63,717 nucleotides of DNA from Elusimicrobiota bacterium (GTDB lineage: Bacteria > Elusimicrobiota > Endomicrobiia > CG1-02-37-114 > XYA2-FULL-39-19): contig JAHIVV010000037.1 in the NCBI GenBank assembly GCA_018816525.1, forward strand, positions 1-63,717, written 5' to 3'. Below, one piece after another: positions 10,051 to 17,729 of this stretch (the first letter of the stretch is position 1; the number at the start of each line of letters is the position of its first letter). The position numbers and the translations under genes are program-made. The notes beneath the pieces are model-generated. The model was given only the letters and a program-made list of their open reading frames with translations. It did not search any database and was not told the DNA's origin.

Positions 10051-10888
10051 GCAGGAAATAAAAATAACAGCGCCGAAAATACCTACGCCGGTAGCGGTGC
10101 ACGACGGGTTATGGACAAAATGCAAGAAATGCGAACATATAATTTACAATAAAGCCCTTGAAGAAAACTTCAAAGTATGCCCGAAATGCGGCTATTACTT
10201 CAGAATGGGCGCTAAAGAAAGAATCAGCCTTTTATGCGAGCCGAAAACCTTTAAGGAATTCGACGAATCGATGGCATCCGTAAATGTGCTGAATTTCCCG
10301 GATTACACAAAAAAACTCGAGTCCTCGCGCAAAAAAATGAAAATGAATGAAGCGGTCATAACCGGCGAAGGCCAGATGGGCCCTCATAATATAGTAATCG
10401 GAGTTCTTGATTTTGATTTCAGGGGCGGCAGTATGGGTTCTGTAGTAGGGGAAAAAATAACCCGCGCTGTTGAAACCGCTATAAAGAAAAAATACCCGGT
10501 AATTATAGTTTCTGCCAGCGGCGGCGCAAGAATGGAAGAGGGTATATTTTCGCTTATGCAGATGGCTAAAACTTCCGCCGCTTTGGCGGAATTAGCAAAA
10601 GAAGGGCTGCCTTACATCTCAGTTATGGTTGACCCTACGACGGGCGGCGTGACAGCTTCTTTTGCCATGCTTGGCGATATTAACGTTGCAGAGCCCAAAG
10701 CCCTGATCGGTTTTGCCGGTCCCAGGGTAATAGAGCAGACTATCCGCGAAAAACTTCCTCACGGTTTTCAGCTGTCTGAATTTGTTTTACAGCATGGAAT
10801 GGTTGATTTGATTGTAGAAAGAAAAGAAATGAAAAATACGCTGATAAAACTGCTTAATTTCCTCTACAAGCCAAAAAATGTGAAATGA
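10040..10888 (+). CDS. accD: Acetyl-CoA carboxylase carboxyltransferase beta subunit
   Basis: N-terminal Zn ribbon CKKCEHIIY...CPKCGYY, then GGSMGSVVGEK and SGGARMEEG. Confidence 0.93.
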   Translation: MAIEQEIKITAPKIPTPVAVHDGLWTKCKKCEHIIYNKALEENFKVCPKCGYYFRMGAKERISLLCEPKTFKEFDESMASVNVLNFPDYTKKLESSRKKMKMNEAVITGEGQMGPHNIVIGVLDFDFRGGSMGSVVGEKITRAVETAIKKKYPVIIVSASGGARMEEGIFSLMQMAKTSAALAELAKEGLPYISVMVDPTTGGVTASFAMLGDINVAEPKALIGFAGPRVIEQTIREKLPHGFQLSEFVLQHGMVDLIVERKEMKNTLIKLLNFLYKPKNVK

Positions 10889-12192
10889 ACTATATCCCAT
10901 GGCTTAACAAATTAGCGGAAAAAGAATACACAAACCAGAATCCCGACATTTCAAACATCAAGAAAGAGCTTGCCAGATTAGGAAATCCCCAGGATAAATT
11001 CCCAGCCGTACATATAGCCGGCACAAACGGAAAAGGTTCGACGGCCTGCATGATCTATGAAATATTAAAACAGGCGGGATTTTCTGTTGGAATATACACG
11101 TCTCCTCATTTGTTAACTTTCCGGGAACGCATAAGAATAAACAATTCCCTGATTACTGAAAATGAAGTCAACGAAATCATCGGATTTTATTTAAAAAAGA
11201 ATAAGCAATACGAGAATGTCCAGAATTGCCCCCTGACCTATTTTGAAATTCTAACTCTTATGGCTTTTGTTCATTTTAGCTGGCAAAAAGTTGACATTGC
11301 CGTCATTGAAACCGGGCTTGGCGGCAAATTTGACGCTACCAATACCATTAAAAAACCCTTGGCCAGCCTTATTACGCCGGTAGATTTTGACCACACAGAA
11401 TTGTTGGGGAAAACCATTACTGCTATTGCCAAGGAAAAAGCTGGAATTATAAAAAAAGGAGTCCCTGTAATTTCAGCCGCTCAGGAAGATGCAGTACTGC
11501 AGACTATCGCTAAAACAGCAAAAAATCATAAAAGCGAGCTTTATGTTTATGGAAAAGATTTTAAATGTTTCTATGTAGATACGGATTGGGCCAATAAATG
11601 CCAGTATATATCCTACAACGATAAAAAACATTTTTATACAAACGTTCCTTTAAGCCTTTTGGGCAGGCACCAATTGATGAATGCGGCCATGGCATTAAAA
11701 TTCATGGGAATTCTCCAGGAAGAAGGTTACGAAATAGCTGAAAACGCTATTCATAAAGGATTAAGGAGCGCTTATTGGCCGGCTAGATTTGAAATTATAA
11801 ATCAAAGAACAGGCAATACCCTGATAATTGACGGCGCCCATAATCCGCACGGAACGGCTACGCTAGCAGCCACATTGAAAGATTCACCCTTTAAAAAAAG
11901 CAGGATAACTTTTGTTATGAGCATTATGAAGGAAAAGAATTACCGTAAAATGATTCAATTGCTTTCAGGGCTTGCAAAAAAAGTTATTTTGTTCAAAATG
12001 AACAATCCCCGCGCCGCAGATGTAAACATACTGCGAAATAACTGGAAAAGATACTTGAGCCCGAGCAACATCAGGATAGAAAGCAGTTTTAAAGACATTT
12101 TCGGCCTTATTAAAAAAGACCAGGTTGTTTGCTTCACGGGTTCCCTGTATTTCTGCGGAGAATTGTTGAAATACCTGAAAAGGAAAATATGA
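10885..12192 (+). CDS. folC: Folylpolyglutamate synthase / dihydrofolate synthase
   Basis: Mur-ligase P-loop HIAGTNGKGST and DGAHNP. ATGA overlap with accD. Confidence 0.88.
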   Translation: MNYIPWLNKLAEKEYTNQNPDISNIKKELARLGNPQDKFPAVHIAGTNGKGSTACMIYEILKQAGFSVGIYTSPHLLTFRERIRINNSLITENEVNEIIGFYLKKNKQYENVQNCPLTYFEILTLMAFVHFSWQKVDIAVIETGLGGKFDATNTIKKPLASLITPVDFDHTELLGKTITAIAKEKAGIIKKGVPVISAAQEDAVLQTIAKTAKNHKSELYVYGKDFKCFYVDTDWANKCQYISYNDKKHFYTNVPLSLLGRHQLMNAAMALKFMGILQEEGYEIAENAIHKGLRSAYWPARFEIINQRTGNTLIIDGAHNPHGTATLAATLKDSPFKKSRITFVMSIMKEKNYRKMIQLLSGLAKKVILFKMNNPRAADVNILRNNWKRYLSPSNIRIESSFKDIFGLIKKDQVVCFTGSLYFCGELLKYLKRKI

Positions 12193-14165
12193 GAAAGCTT
12201 GGAATAATATCGGTTCTTTTATCCATTTTAACTGCCGGATTATTTGCTGATGACAAGGTTAATATAAAAGCGGATAAGCTCGACTACGATGAAAGCACAA
12301 AAAACATTTTTGCCCGGGGCAATGTTGAAATCAGTTCCGGAAATTTTAAAATGTCCGGGAAGAAAATGGACATAAATTTAGATCGGCAGTTTGCCCTGGC
12401 TGAGGGTTCGGTTTCTATAAAGGACGGGGACTCGCTGATATTAGGAAGCAAATGCGAATATAATTATTCCCAAAGCACCGGGAATATTTATGACGCTTAC
12501 GGATATTATTACCCCTGGGGTTTTAAAGGCGACAAAATTTTCAAAAGCAACCAGGACCTTTACCTGGGTAAATCAGACTTTACTACGTGCAACGCAAAAG
12601 TGCCCCATTACCATCTGAGGGTTAAAAGCGCGTCGTTAAAACCGAATAAAGAGATGGTTGCCAAAAACGTGGTTTTGAAAATTCGCAATATTCCTGTTTT
12701 CTATTACCCGGCTTACGCTTATTCTATGAGCGAGAGGGTCAATTCCCTCGAAATTTACCCAGGGTACAACACTTATGACGGAATCCAGATAAAAACAGTC
12801 TACGGTTTTCCGGTATCGAAATACACTTATTCAAAGCTTTGCGTGGATTTGTTTCAAAACCAGGGAATCGGCACCGGACTGGAATATAACTACAATAACC
12901 CTGATAAAGTAAAAGGAAGTACCTACCTCTATCATATAAAAGAAGACAAAAGCATGCGTGAAAGATATACTGTCAGGTCGTCTCACTGGGAGAAGCTGTC
13001 AAAAACATGGTCTTTGCAGGGAAATTTAAATTATCAAAGCGATGAATATTTCAATCAATTCTATTTCGGCGAAAACTGGAACCGACTGACCAGTGACTTC
13101 AGGTCTGATATAGCGCTTACAAAACAAACATCTTTGACAAATTTTCAAATTTCAAGCAACAGACGCGATGTTTTTGACCCGGCAGCGAAAAGTTTTGTGT
13201 TGGACGAATACGACGCGCCAAAAATGGATTTTACTGTTTTTCAGTTTAAACCCAAATATTCGCCCCTATATGCCGGCTTCAGCACCAACCTATACAGAAA
13301 TTACTCAAGCAAAGCAGGTACCGTTACCTGGAATTCATCTTCGGATTTTTATTTAACCCGCCAATTCCCAGTATCGCTAAGAACCACGATTACACCAAAA
13401 ATCGGCGCAATTGAAACCTGGAGATTATTGCTTGATACCCAAACTTTTATTACCAATTATTATTCCGCATTATCCCTAAGACAGCGGATAAACTGGTTCA
13501 CTTACATGGAATTTACTCATAATTACAAAAACCGGTCAATAATCAATTCCCAGGAAATAGACACTTTCGCCAATGATTATGGTATTGAAGGAAATAATAT
13601 CGCTGCAATGTTATATGTCTCTCAGATAAGCTCCAGGTACCTGCGCATGAGCACAAGTTACGATTTCAGGGAATTCAAAACACCTGGCTACACAAATAAC
13701 CTCGCAAGGTATTCTCCTTTAATTACAGAAATAGGCACGCTTTTGAGCAGAAAGGTTAGTATATATTTAAACCATCAATTCAATATAGAATCCTCTTCAA
13801 CGACTTCTTACCAGACTGAGGTTACATTTACGCCTTCCGCGCGAGCCAGTTATTCGATGGGATTATATTATGTTCAAACCAGCACAAATGGCGTTCAATT
13901 AAATAATCAGTTTAGTTTTTGGATAGGCAACAAATGGTTTATAAATTTAACCCTGATTGGAATGGTCAATAACAGTCAATATACAATTAAGGACGAAGGC
14001 CTGAAAATATACAGGGACCTGCATTGCTGGGAGACAAGTGTTACTTACAATAAAAGAGGGGAAGTTGAGGAATATTTCTTTAATATCGGTTTAAAAATAG
14101 CCAGCAGGGCCCGCCAAGGGCTTTATGATGAAAAATTAGAGAATGAATTTTATCCCTGGAGGTAA
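12189..14165 (+). CDS. lptD: LptD/OstA-like outer-membrane LPS-assembly protein
   Basis: ATG 12189 (ATGA overlap with folC) gives the signal peptide MRKLGIISVLLSILTAGLFA. An OstA-like N-terminal domain (KADKLDYDE..GNVEISSG) is followed by a long Tyr/Asn/Ser-rich beta-barrel-like region ending in aromatic residues. Confidence 0.68.
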   Translation: MRKLGIISVLLSILTAGLFADDKVNIKADKLDYDESTKNIFARGNVEISSGNFKMSGKKMDINLDRQFALAEGSVSIKDGDSLILGSKCEYNYSQSTGNIYDAYGYYYPWGFKGDKIFKSNQDLYLGKSDFTTCNAKVPHYHLRVKSASLKPNKEMVAKNVVLKIRNIPVFYYPAYAYSMSERVNSLEIYPGYNTYDGIQIKTVYGFPVSKYTYSKLCVDLFQNQGIGTGLEYNYNNPDKVKGSTYLYHIKEDKSMRERYTVRSSHWEKLSKTWSLQGNLNYQSDEYFNQFYFGENWNRLTSDFRSDIALTKQTSLTNFQISSNRRDVFDPAAKSFVLDEYDAPKMDFTVFQFKPKYSPLYAGFSTNLYRNYSSKAGTVTWNSSSDFYLTRQFPVSLRTTITPKIGAIETWRLLLDTQTFITNYYSALSLRQRINWFTYMEFTHNYKNRSIINSQEIDTFANDYGIEGNNIAAMLYVSQISSRYLRMSTSYDFREFKTPGYTNNLARYSPLITEIGTLLSRKVSIYLNHQFNIESSSTTSYQTEVTFTPSARASYSMGLYYVQTSTNGVQLNNQFSFWIGNKWFINLTLIGMVNNSQYTIKDEGLKIYRDLHCWETSVTYNKRGEVEEYFFNIGLKIASRARQGLYDEKLENEFYPWR

Positions 14166-14249
14166 CCTTAGTAAAAGCCACACAGGATAAAGAAATTAAA
14201 CGACCCGAAAAAAAATAAAAAAAGGGAATGGGATATTAAAAAGGAACAA

Positions 14250-15470
14250 ATGAACACTCTTGATTTAGTAAAACAAGTGGCGCAAAAAAACGATAAGAAG
14301 ATTTTAATGGTGGTTATAGACGGTTTAGGCGGCATGCCAAACCCTGAAACAGGCAAGACGGAACTTGATACCGCAAAAACCCCTAACCTGGACGCTCTGG
14401 CAAAGAAATCCACAGCAGGACTGACCGTTCCTGTTGAATATGGCATAACACCCGGATCCGGCCCGGCGCATCTATCGCTTTTTGGCTACGACCCTGAAAA
14501 ATACCAGATTGGCAGAGGTGTTCTTGAAGCCATCGGCATTGGAATTCATATGAAAAACATTGACCTTGCTTTGAGAGGGAATTTCGCTACGATGGATTAT
14601 TCAAAAAACATGGTTACAGACAGGCGCGCGGGCAGGATTCCTACGGAAAAAAACCAGGAAATCTGCGAGCTTTTACAGGAAAAAATCCCCAAAATAGAGG
14701 ATTGCGAAGTCATAATAAAATCAGGCAAGGAACACAGGTTTGTTGTTGTATTCAGAGGAGAAGGCCTTTCTGAAAATATTACCGACAATGACCCCCAGAA
14801 AGAAAACAATCCTGCAAAAAAAATAATCGCAAGCAAGCCGGACGGCAAAAAAACAGCAGAAATTGTAAACAAATTCATTGAAAGGGTTTCTGAGTTACTC
14901 AAAGACAAACCGCCGGCAAATTATTGCCTCTTGCGCGGGTTTTCAAAATATCCTGATATTCCGCAGATGGGTGATGTATATCAGCTTAAACCTGCAGCCA
15001 TTGCAACCTATCCGATGTACAGGGGGTTGGCGCAGTTAGTAGGCATGACGATTATTCAAACGCCCGGTGAAACTATAGAAGATGAAATAACTGTTCTCAA
15101 AAAAGAATGGAATAATTATGATTTTTTTTATGTGCACATTAAAAAAACAGACGCCTACGGCGAAGACGGCAATTTTGACGCAAAAGTAAAAAAAATTGAA
15201 GAAATTGATAAGCTGATACCGGAATTTGTCAACATGAAAGCTGATTCACTCATTATTTGCGGTGACCATTCAACACCCGCTATGATGTCAGGCCATTCCT
15301 GGCATCCAGTGCCCTTTATGCTGTATTCAAAATATTCCTTCGGAAATGAAACAATCCAGGGCTTTTCGGAAAGAGAATGCCTTAAAGGCGCTCTCGGCAT
15401 TTTCCGCGCGACAAATGTCATGTCTTTGGCTATGGCCCACGCAATGAAGTTAGGAAAATTTGGTGCGTAA
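14250..15470 (+). CDS. apgM: Cofactor-independent phosphoglycerate mutase, archaeal ApgM type
   Basis: 406 aa with VVIDGLGGMPN, TPNLD and CGDHSTP (alkaline-phosphatase-like metalloenzyme core). Confidence 0.82.
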   Translation: MNTLDLVKQVAQKNDKKILMVVIDGLGGMPNPETGKTELDTAKTPNLDALAKKSTAGLTVPVEYGITPGSGPAHLSLFGYDPEKYQIGRGVLEAIGIGIHMKNIDLALRGNFATMDYSKNMVTDRRAGRIPTEKNQEICELLQEKIPKIEDCEVIIKSGKEHRFVVVFRGEGLSENITDNDPQKENNPAKKIIASKPDGKKTAEIVNKFIERVSELLKDKPPANYCLLRGFSKYPDIPQMGDVYQLKPAAIATYPMYRGLAQLVGMTIIQTPGETIEDEITVLKKEWNNYDFFYVHIKKTDAYGEDGNFDAKVKKIEEIDKLIPEFVNMKADSLIICGDHSTPAMMSGHSWHPVPFMLYSKYSFGNETIQGFSERECLKGALGIFRATNVMSLAMAHAMKLGKFGA

Positions 15471-15590
15471 TAAAGCAACCTTCCTTAAATATCAAAAACC
15501 GTGAAATATATTGAACTTTCCGGGCGGCCTGATTTTCAGAAAGCCTTCGTCGATGCTATGTTGTTTGTTAAAAGTCAGGAGATAAAAAAT

Positions 15591-16103
15591 ATGAAATGCA
15601 TTACTAAAACTTGGTTTATATTTGTGCTGTTAGTAATTAATACAGCAGTTTTTTCCCAGGGGAAAATGCAAATAAAAACAGGGCAGACAATTCCGGATTT
15701 TGTTTTAAAAAATCTGGCCGGGGAGAAATATTCTCTAAAGGATTACAAGAGCAGGAAAATTGTATATTTGAACTTCTTTACAATAAGTTCGGCCAGAACC
15801 AGGAGGGATATCGCCGAACTGACTAGAATTTATGGTATCTATAAAAAAAGGAATGTTGAAATACTTGGTATTGCAGTCAAGGAGAAAACCGAGAAACTTT
15901 CATTTTTTGTAAGAGAATTTAACATTTCCTATCCTATATTACTGGACTCTGAAGGGCTGATAAGATCCGCTTACAACATAAAAACGCTCCCGCAAAGCAT
16001 TATAATTGACAGGAAGGGACTGGTTCGTTATGTAGGGCTTACGCCGCCTGAAGATTTTGAAGCTTTTTTGAAAGAATTAAAAGCACAAAAGAAAAAGAAA
16101 TGA
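15591..16103 (+). CDS. Secreted TlpA/ResA-like thioredoxin-fold protein lacking the CXXC motif
   Basis: SD aggag lies 9 nt before ATG 15591. Signal peptide MKCITKTWFIFVLLVINTAVFSQ. PDFVLKNLAGEKYSLKDYK..LNFF, ILGIAV and LPQSIIIDRKG match the redoxin fold. The CXXC position reads SSART. Confidence 0.68.
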   Translation: MKCITKTWFIFVLLVINTAVFSQGKMQIKTGQTIPDFVLKNLAGEKYSLKDYKSRKIVYLNFFTISSARTRRDIAELTRIYGIYKKRNVEILGIAVKEKTEKLSFFVREFNISYPILLDSEGLIRSAYNIKTLPQSIIIDRKGLVRYVGLTPPEDFEAFLKELKAQKKKK

Positions 16104-16126
16104 ATTCAACAAGAAATGAATTCGAC

Positions 16127-16155
16127 TTGACTATATATTAAAAAAACTATATAAT
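16127..16155 (+). promoter_or_regulatory. Sigma70-type promoter for tRNA-Gly (TTGACT-17-TATAAT)
   Basis: Exact hexamers with a 17-nt spacer, 12 nt upstream of the tRNA 5-prime end. Confidence 0.55.
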
Positions 16156-16167
16156 TTGGGTATAAAT

Positions 16168-16240
16168 GCGGGTGTAGTTCAGTGGCTAGAACGACTCGTT
16201 GCCAACGAGTAGGTCGAGGGTTCAACTCCCTTCGCCCGCT
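16168..16240 (+). tRNA. tRNA-Gly (anticodon GCC)
   Basis: Cloverleaf folded by hand: acceptor GCGGGTG/CGCCCGC, anticodon loop TTGCCAA, T-loop GGTTCAACTCC, discriminator T. No encoded CCA. Confidence 0.9.
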
Positions 16241-16266
16241 TTTTTACCTTCCAAATTTACAATCCA

Positions 16267-16905
16267 ATGTTAAAAATCAACGAAATTTATAAAAGTATCC
16301 AGGGGGAATCAAGGTTTGCCGGATACCCATGTATTTTTATCCGTTTAGCCGGATGTAACCTGCGTTGCTCCTACTGCGATACAAAATATGCCTATAATAA
16401 AGGAAGGGAAATGTCCATTAGCGGAATAATGGATAAAATCAGGCATTTTAAAACCAAACTTATCCAGATTACTGGTGGCGAGCCTCTTTTACAAAAAGAA
16501 ACACCCCAATTAGTAAGAAAACTGCTTTCTAAGGGATATAAAGTCCTGATAGGCACAAACGGAAGCTGGGATATATCAAAAGTAGATAAAAGAGCAATAA
16601 AATTAATGGACATCAAATGCCCAGGTAGCAGACAATCAGGTAAAATGTTGCGGGGGAATTTCCGGCATTTAAATAAAAACGATGAAATTAAGTTTGTCAT
16701 TTGTAACAGAAAGGATTATACATTTGCGAAAGATATAATCAAAAAGCATAATCTCGCCAAGAATACTCTGGTGGTTTTGTCTCCTGCTTTCCAAAAAATA
16801 ACGCCTAAAATTATTTCAGAGTGGATTTTGAAGGATGGTATCAATCTTAAATTGGGCTTACAAGTTCATAAATTAATTTGGGGCCCAACAGCAAGAGGCG
16901 TTTAA
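16267..16905 (+). CDS. queE: 7-carboxy-7-deazaguanine synthase (radical SAM)
   Basis: SIQGES, CNLRCSYCDT, QITGGEPL. Confidence 0.87.
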   Translation: MLKINEIYKSIQGESRFAGYPCIFIRLAGCNLRCSYCDTKYAYNKGREMSISGIMDKIRHFKTKLIQITGGEPLLQKETPQLVRKLLSKGYKVLIGTNGSWDISKVDKRAIKLMDIKCPGSRQSGKMLRGNFRHLNKNDEIKFVICNRKDYTFAKDIIKKHNLAKNTLVVLSPAFQKITPKIISEWILKDGINLKLGLQVHKLIWGPTARGV

Positions 16906-17109
16906 TTCAAGCAACTACCTTATTACCGCCGGCTTTTTTTATTTCATCTATAAGCCTATTCCCGATATTTATTGAATTTTCTTTATTGAGAGATTGTTTT
17001 TCGATGTAGGATTTTACTTTATGCAACAATTCTGCAGGATTTACAGGTTTCAAAATTCGAGAGAGAAAAGCAAGAAAAAAATATTTTTCAAATATTTTTT
17101 TGGGCCCCC

Positions 17110-17173
17110 TTGACAAATTTAACTCAAATATATATATTGTACCTGTGATTGCTGGAAATACAACATGTTGTAT
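17110..17173 (+). promoter_or_regulatory. nrdR/nrdJ promoter (TTGACA-17-TATATT) with two candidate NrdR boxes
   Basis: TTGACA at 17110-17115 and TATATT at 17133-17138. Box 1, caaatatatatattgt (17125-17140), overlaps the -10. Box 2, atacaacatgttgtat (17158-17173), is a perfect 16-bp palindrome. The box centres are 33 bp apart. Confidence 0.55.
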
Positions 17174-17217
17174 GCCTGCCAATAACTAAACCCGTTCTGT
17201 TCTTCTTAAAATTAACT

Positions 17218-17676
17218 ATGAAGTGCCCTTATTGCACGCATTTTGACACAAAAATTACCAATTCCAGGCCGCTTGACGAATCAAGTGTTGTCAGGAGGCG
17301 GCGTGAGTGCCCTGAATGCGCCAAACGCTTTACTACCTATGAAAGAATTGAAGAAATGCCTCTAATGGTAAGTAAAACGGATAACCAGCGTGAACCTTTT
17401 GACAGGAACAAACTTCGTGACGGCATTACGTTAGCCTGCAGAAAGCGGCCGATTGACCAAAACACAGTTGAAAAAGCTGTAGCTGACATTGAAAGGGAAC
17501 TTCAGGAATATGTGCTTGAGGTGCCCAGCAGGATTATCGGAGAAAAAGTGTTAAAAAAATTACTCGAACTGGATCCTATTGCATATATCAGGTTTGCTTC
17601 GGTTTATTATCAATATGCAGACATAGAAACTTTTCTGAACGAATTGAAACGCATAAAAGAAATTAAAGACAAATAA
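17218..17676 (+). CDS. nrdR: Transcriptional repressor NrdR
   Basis: MKCPYC...CPECAKRFTTYE zinc ribbon plus an ATP-cone. ATG 17218 is preferred over the ORF-track start 17149. Confidence 0.93.
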   Translation: MKCPYCTHFDTKITNSRPLDESSVVRRRRECPECAKRFTTYERIEEMPLMVSKTDNQREPFDRNKLRDGITLACRKRPIDQNTVEKAVADIERELQEYVLEVPSRIIGEKVLKKLLELDPIAYIRFASVYYQYADIETFLNELKRIKEIKDK

Positions 17677-17729
17677 GTCAAAAACAGGACTGGGCCGGAG
17701 ATATTATTGTCTCCAGGCAGGGGGAAGAA

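Noticed and set aside
12129-12188. Upstream-extended starts offered by the ORF track at 12129, 2749, 5765, 17149, 15501, 29375, 40595 and 59506.
   Set aside because: The extensions overlap the preceding gene or promoter and add non-homologous residues. Internal ATGs with an SD, or ATGA/TAATG coupling, give canonical N-termini.
13168-13356. Same-strand off-frame ORFs inside larger genes at 13168-13356, 25789-26025, 49219-49410 and 55158-55343.
   Set aside because: They are embedded in well-supported genes and have no SD and no motif support.
16907-17182. A 91-aa minus-strand ORF whose tail (..FLSRILKPVNPAELLHKVKSYIE..) resembles the last helix of a response-regulator receiver domain.
   Set aside because: The similarity covers only about 20 residues. 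The N-terminal half is simply the reverse read of the nrdR promoter and NrdR boxes. At most it is a gene remnant, which I cannot support without a database search.
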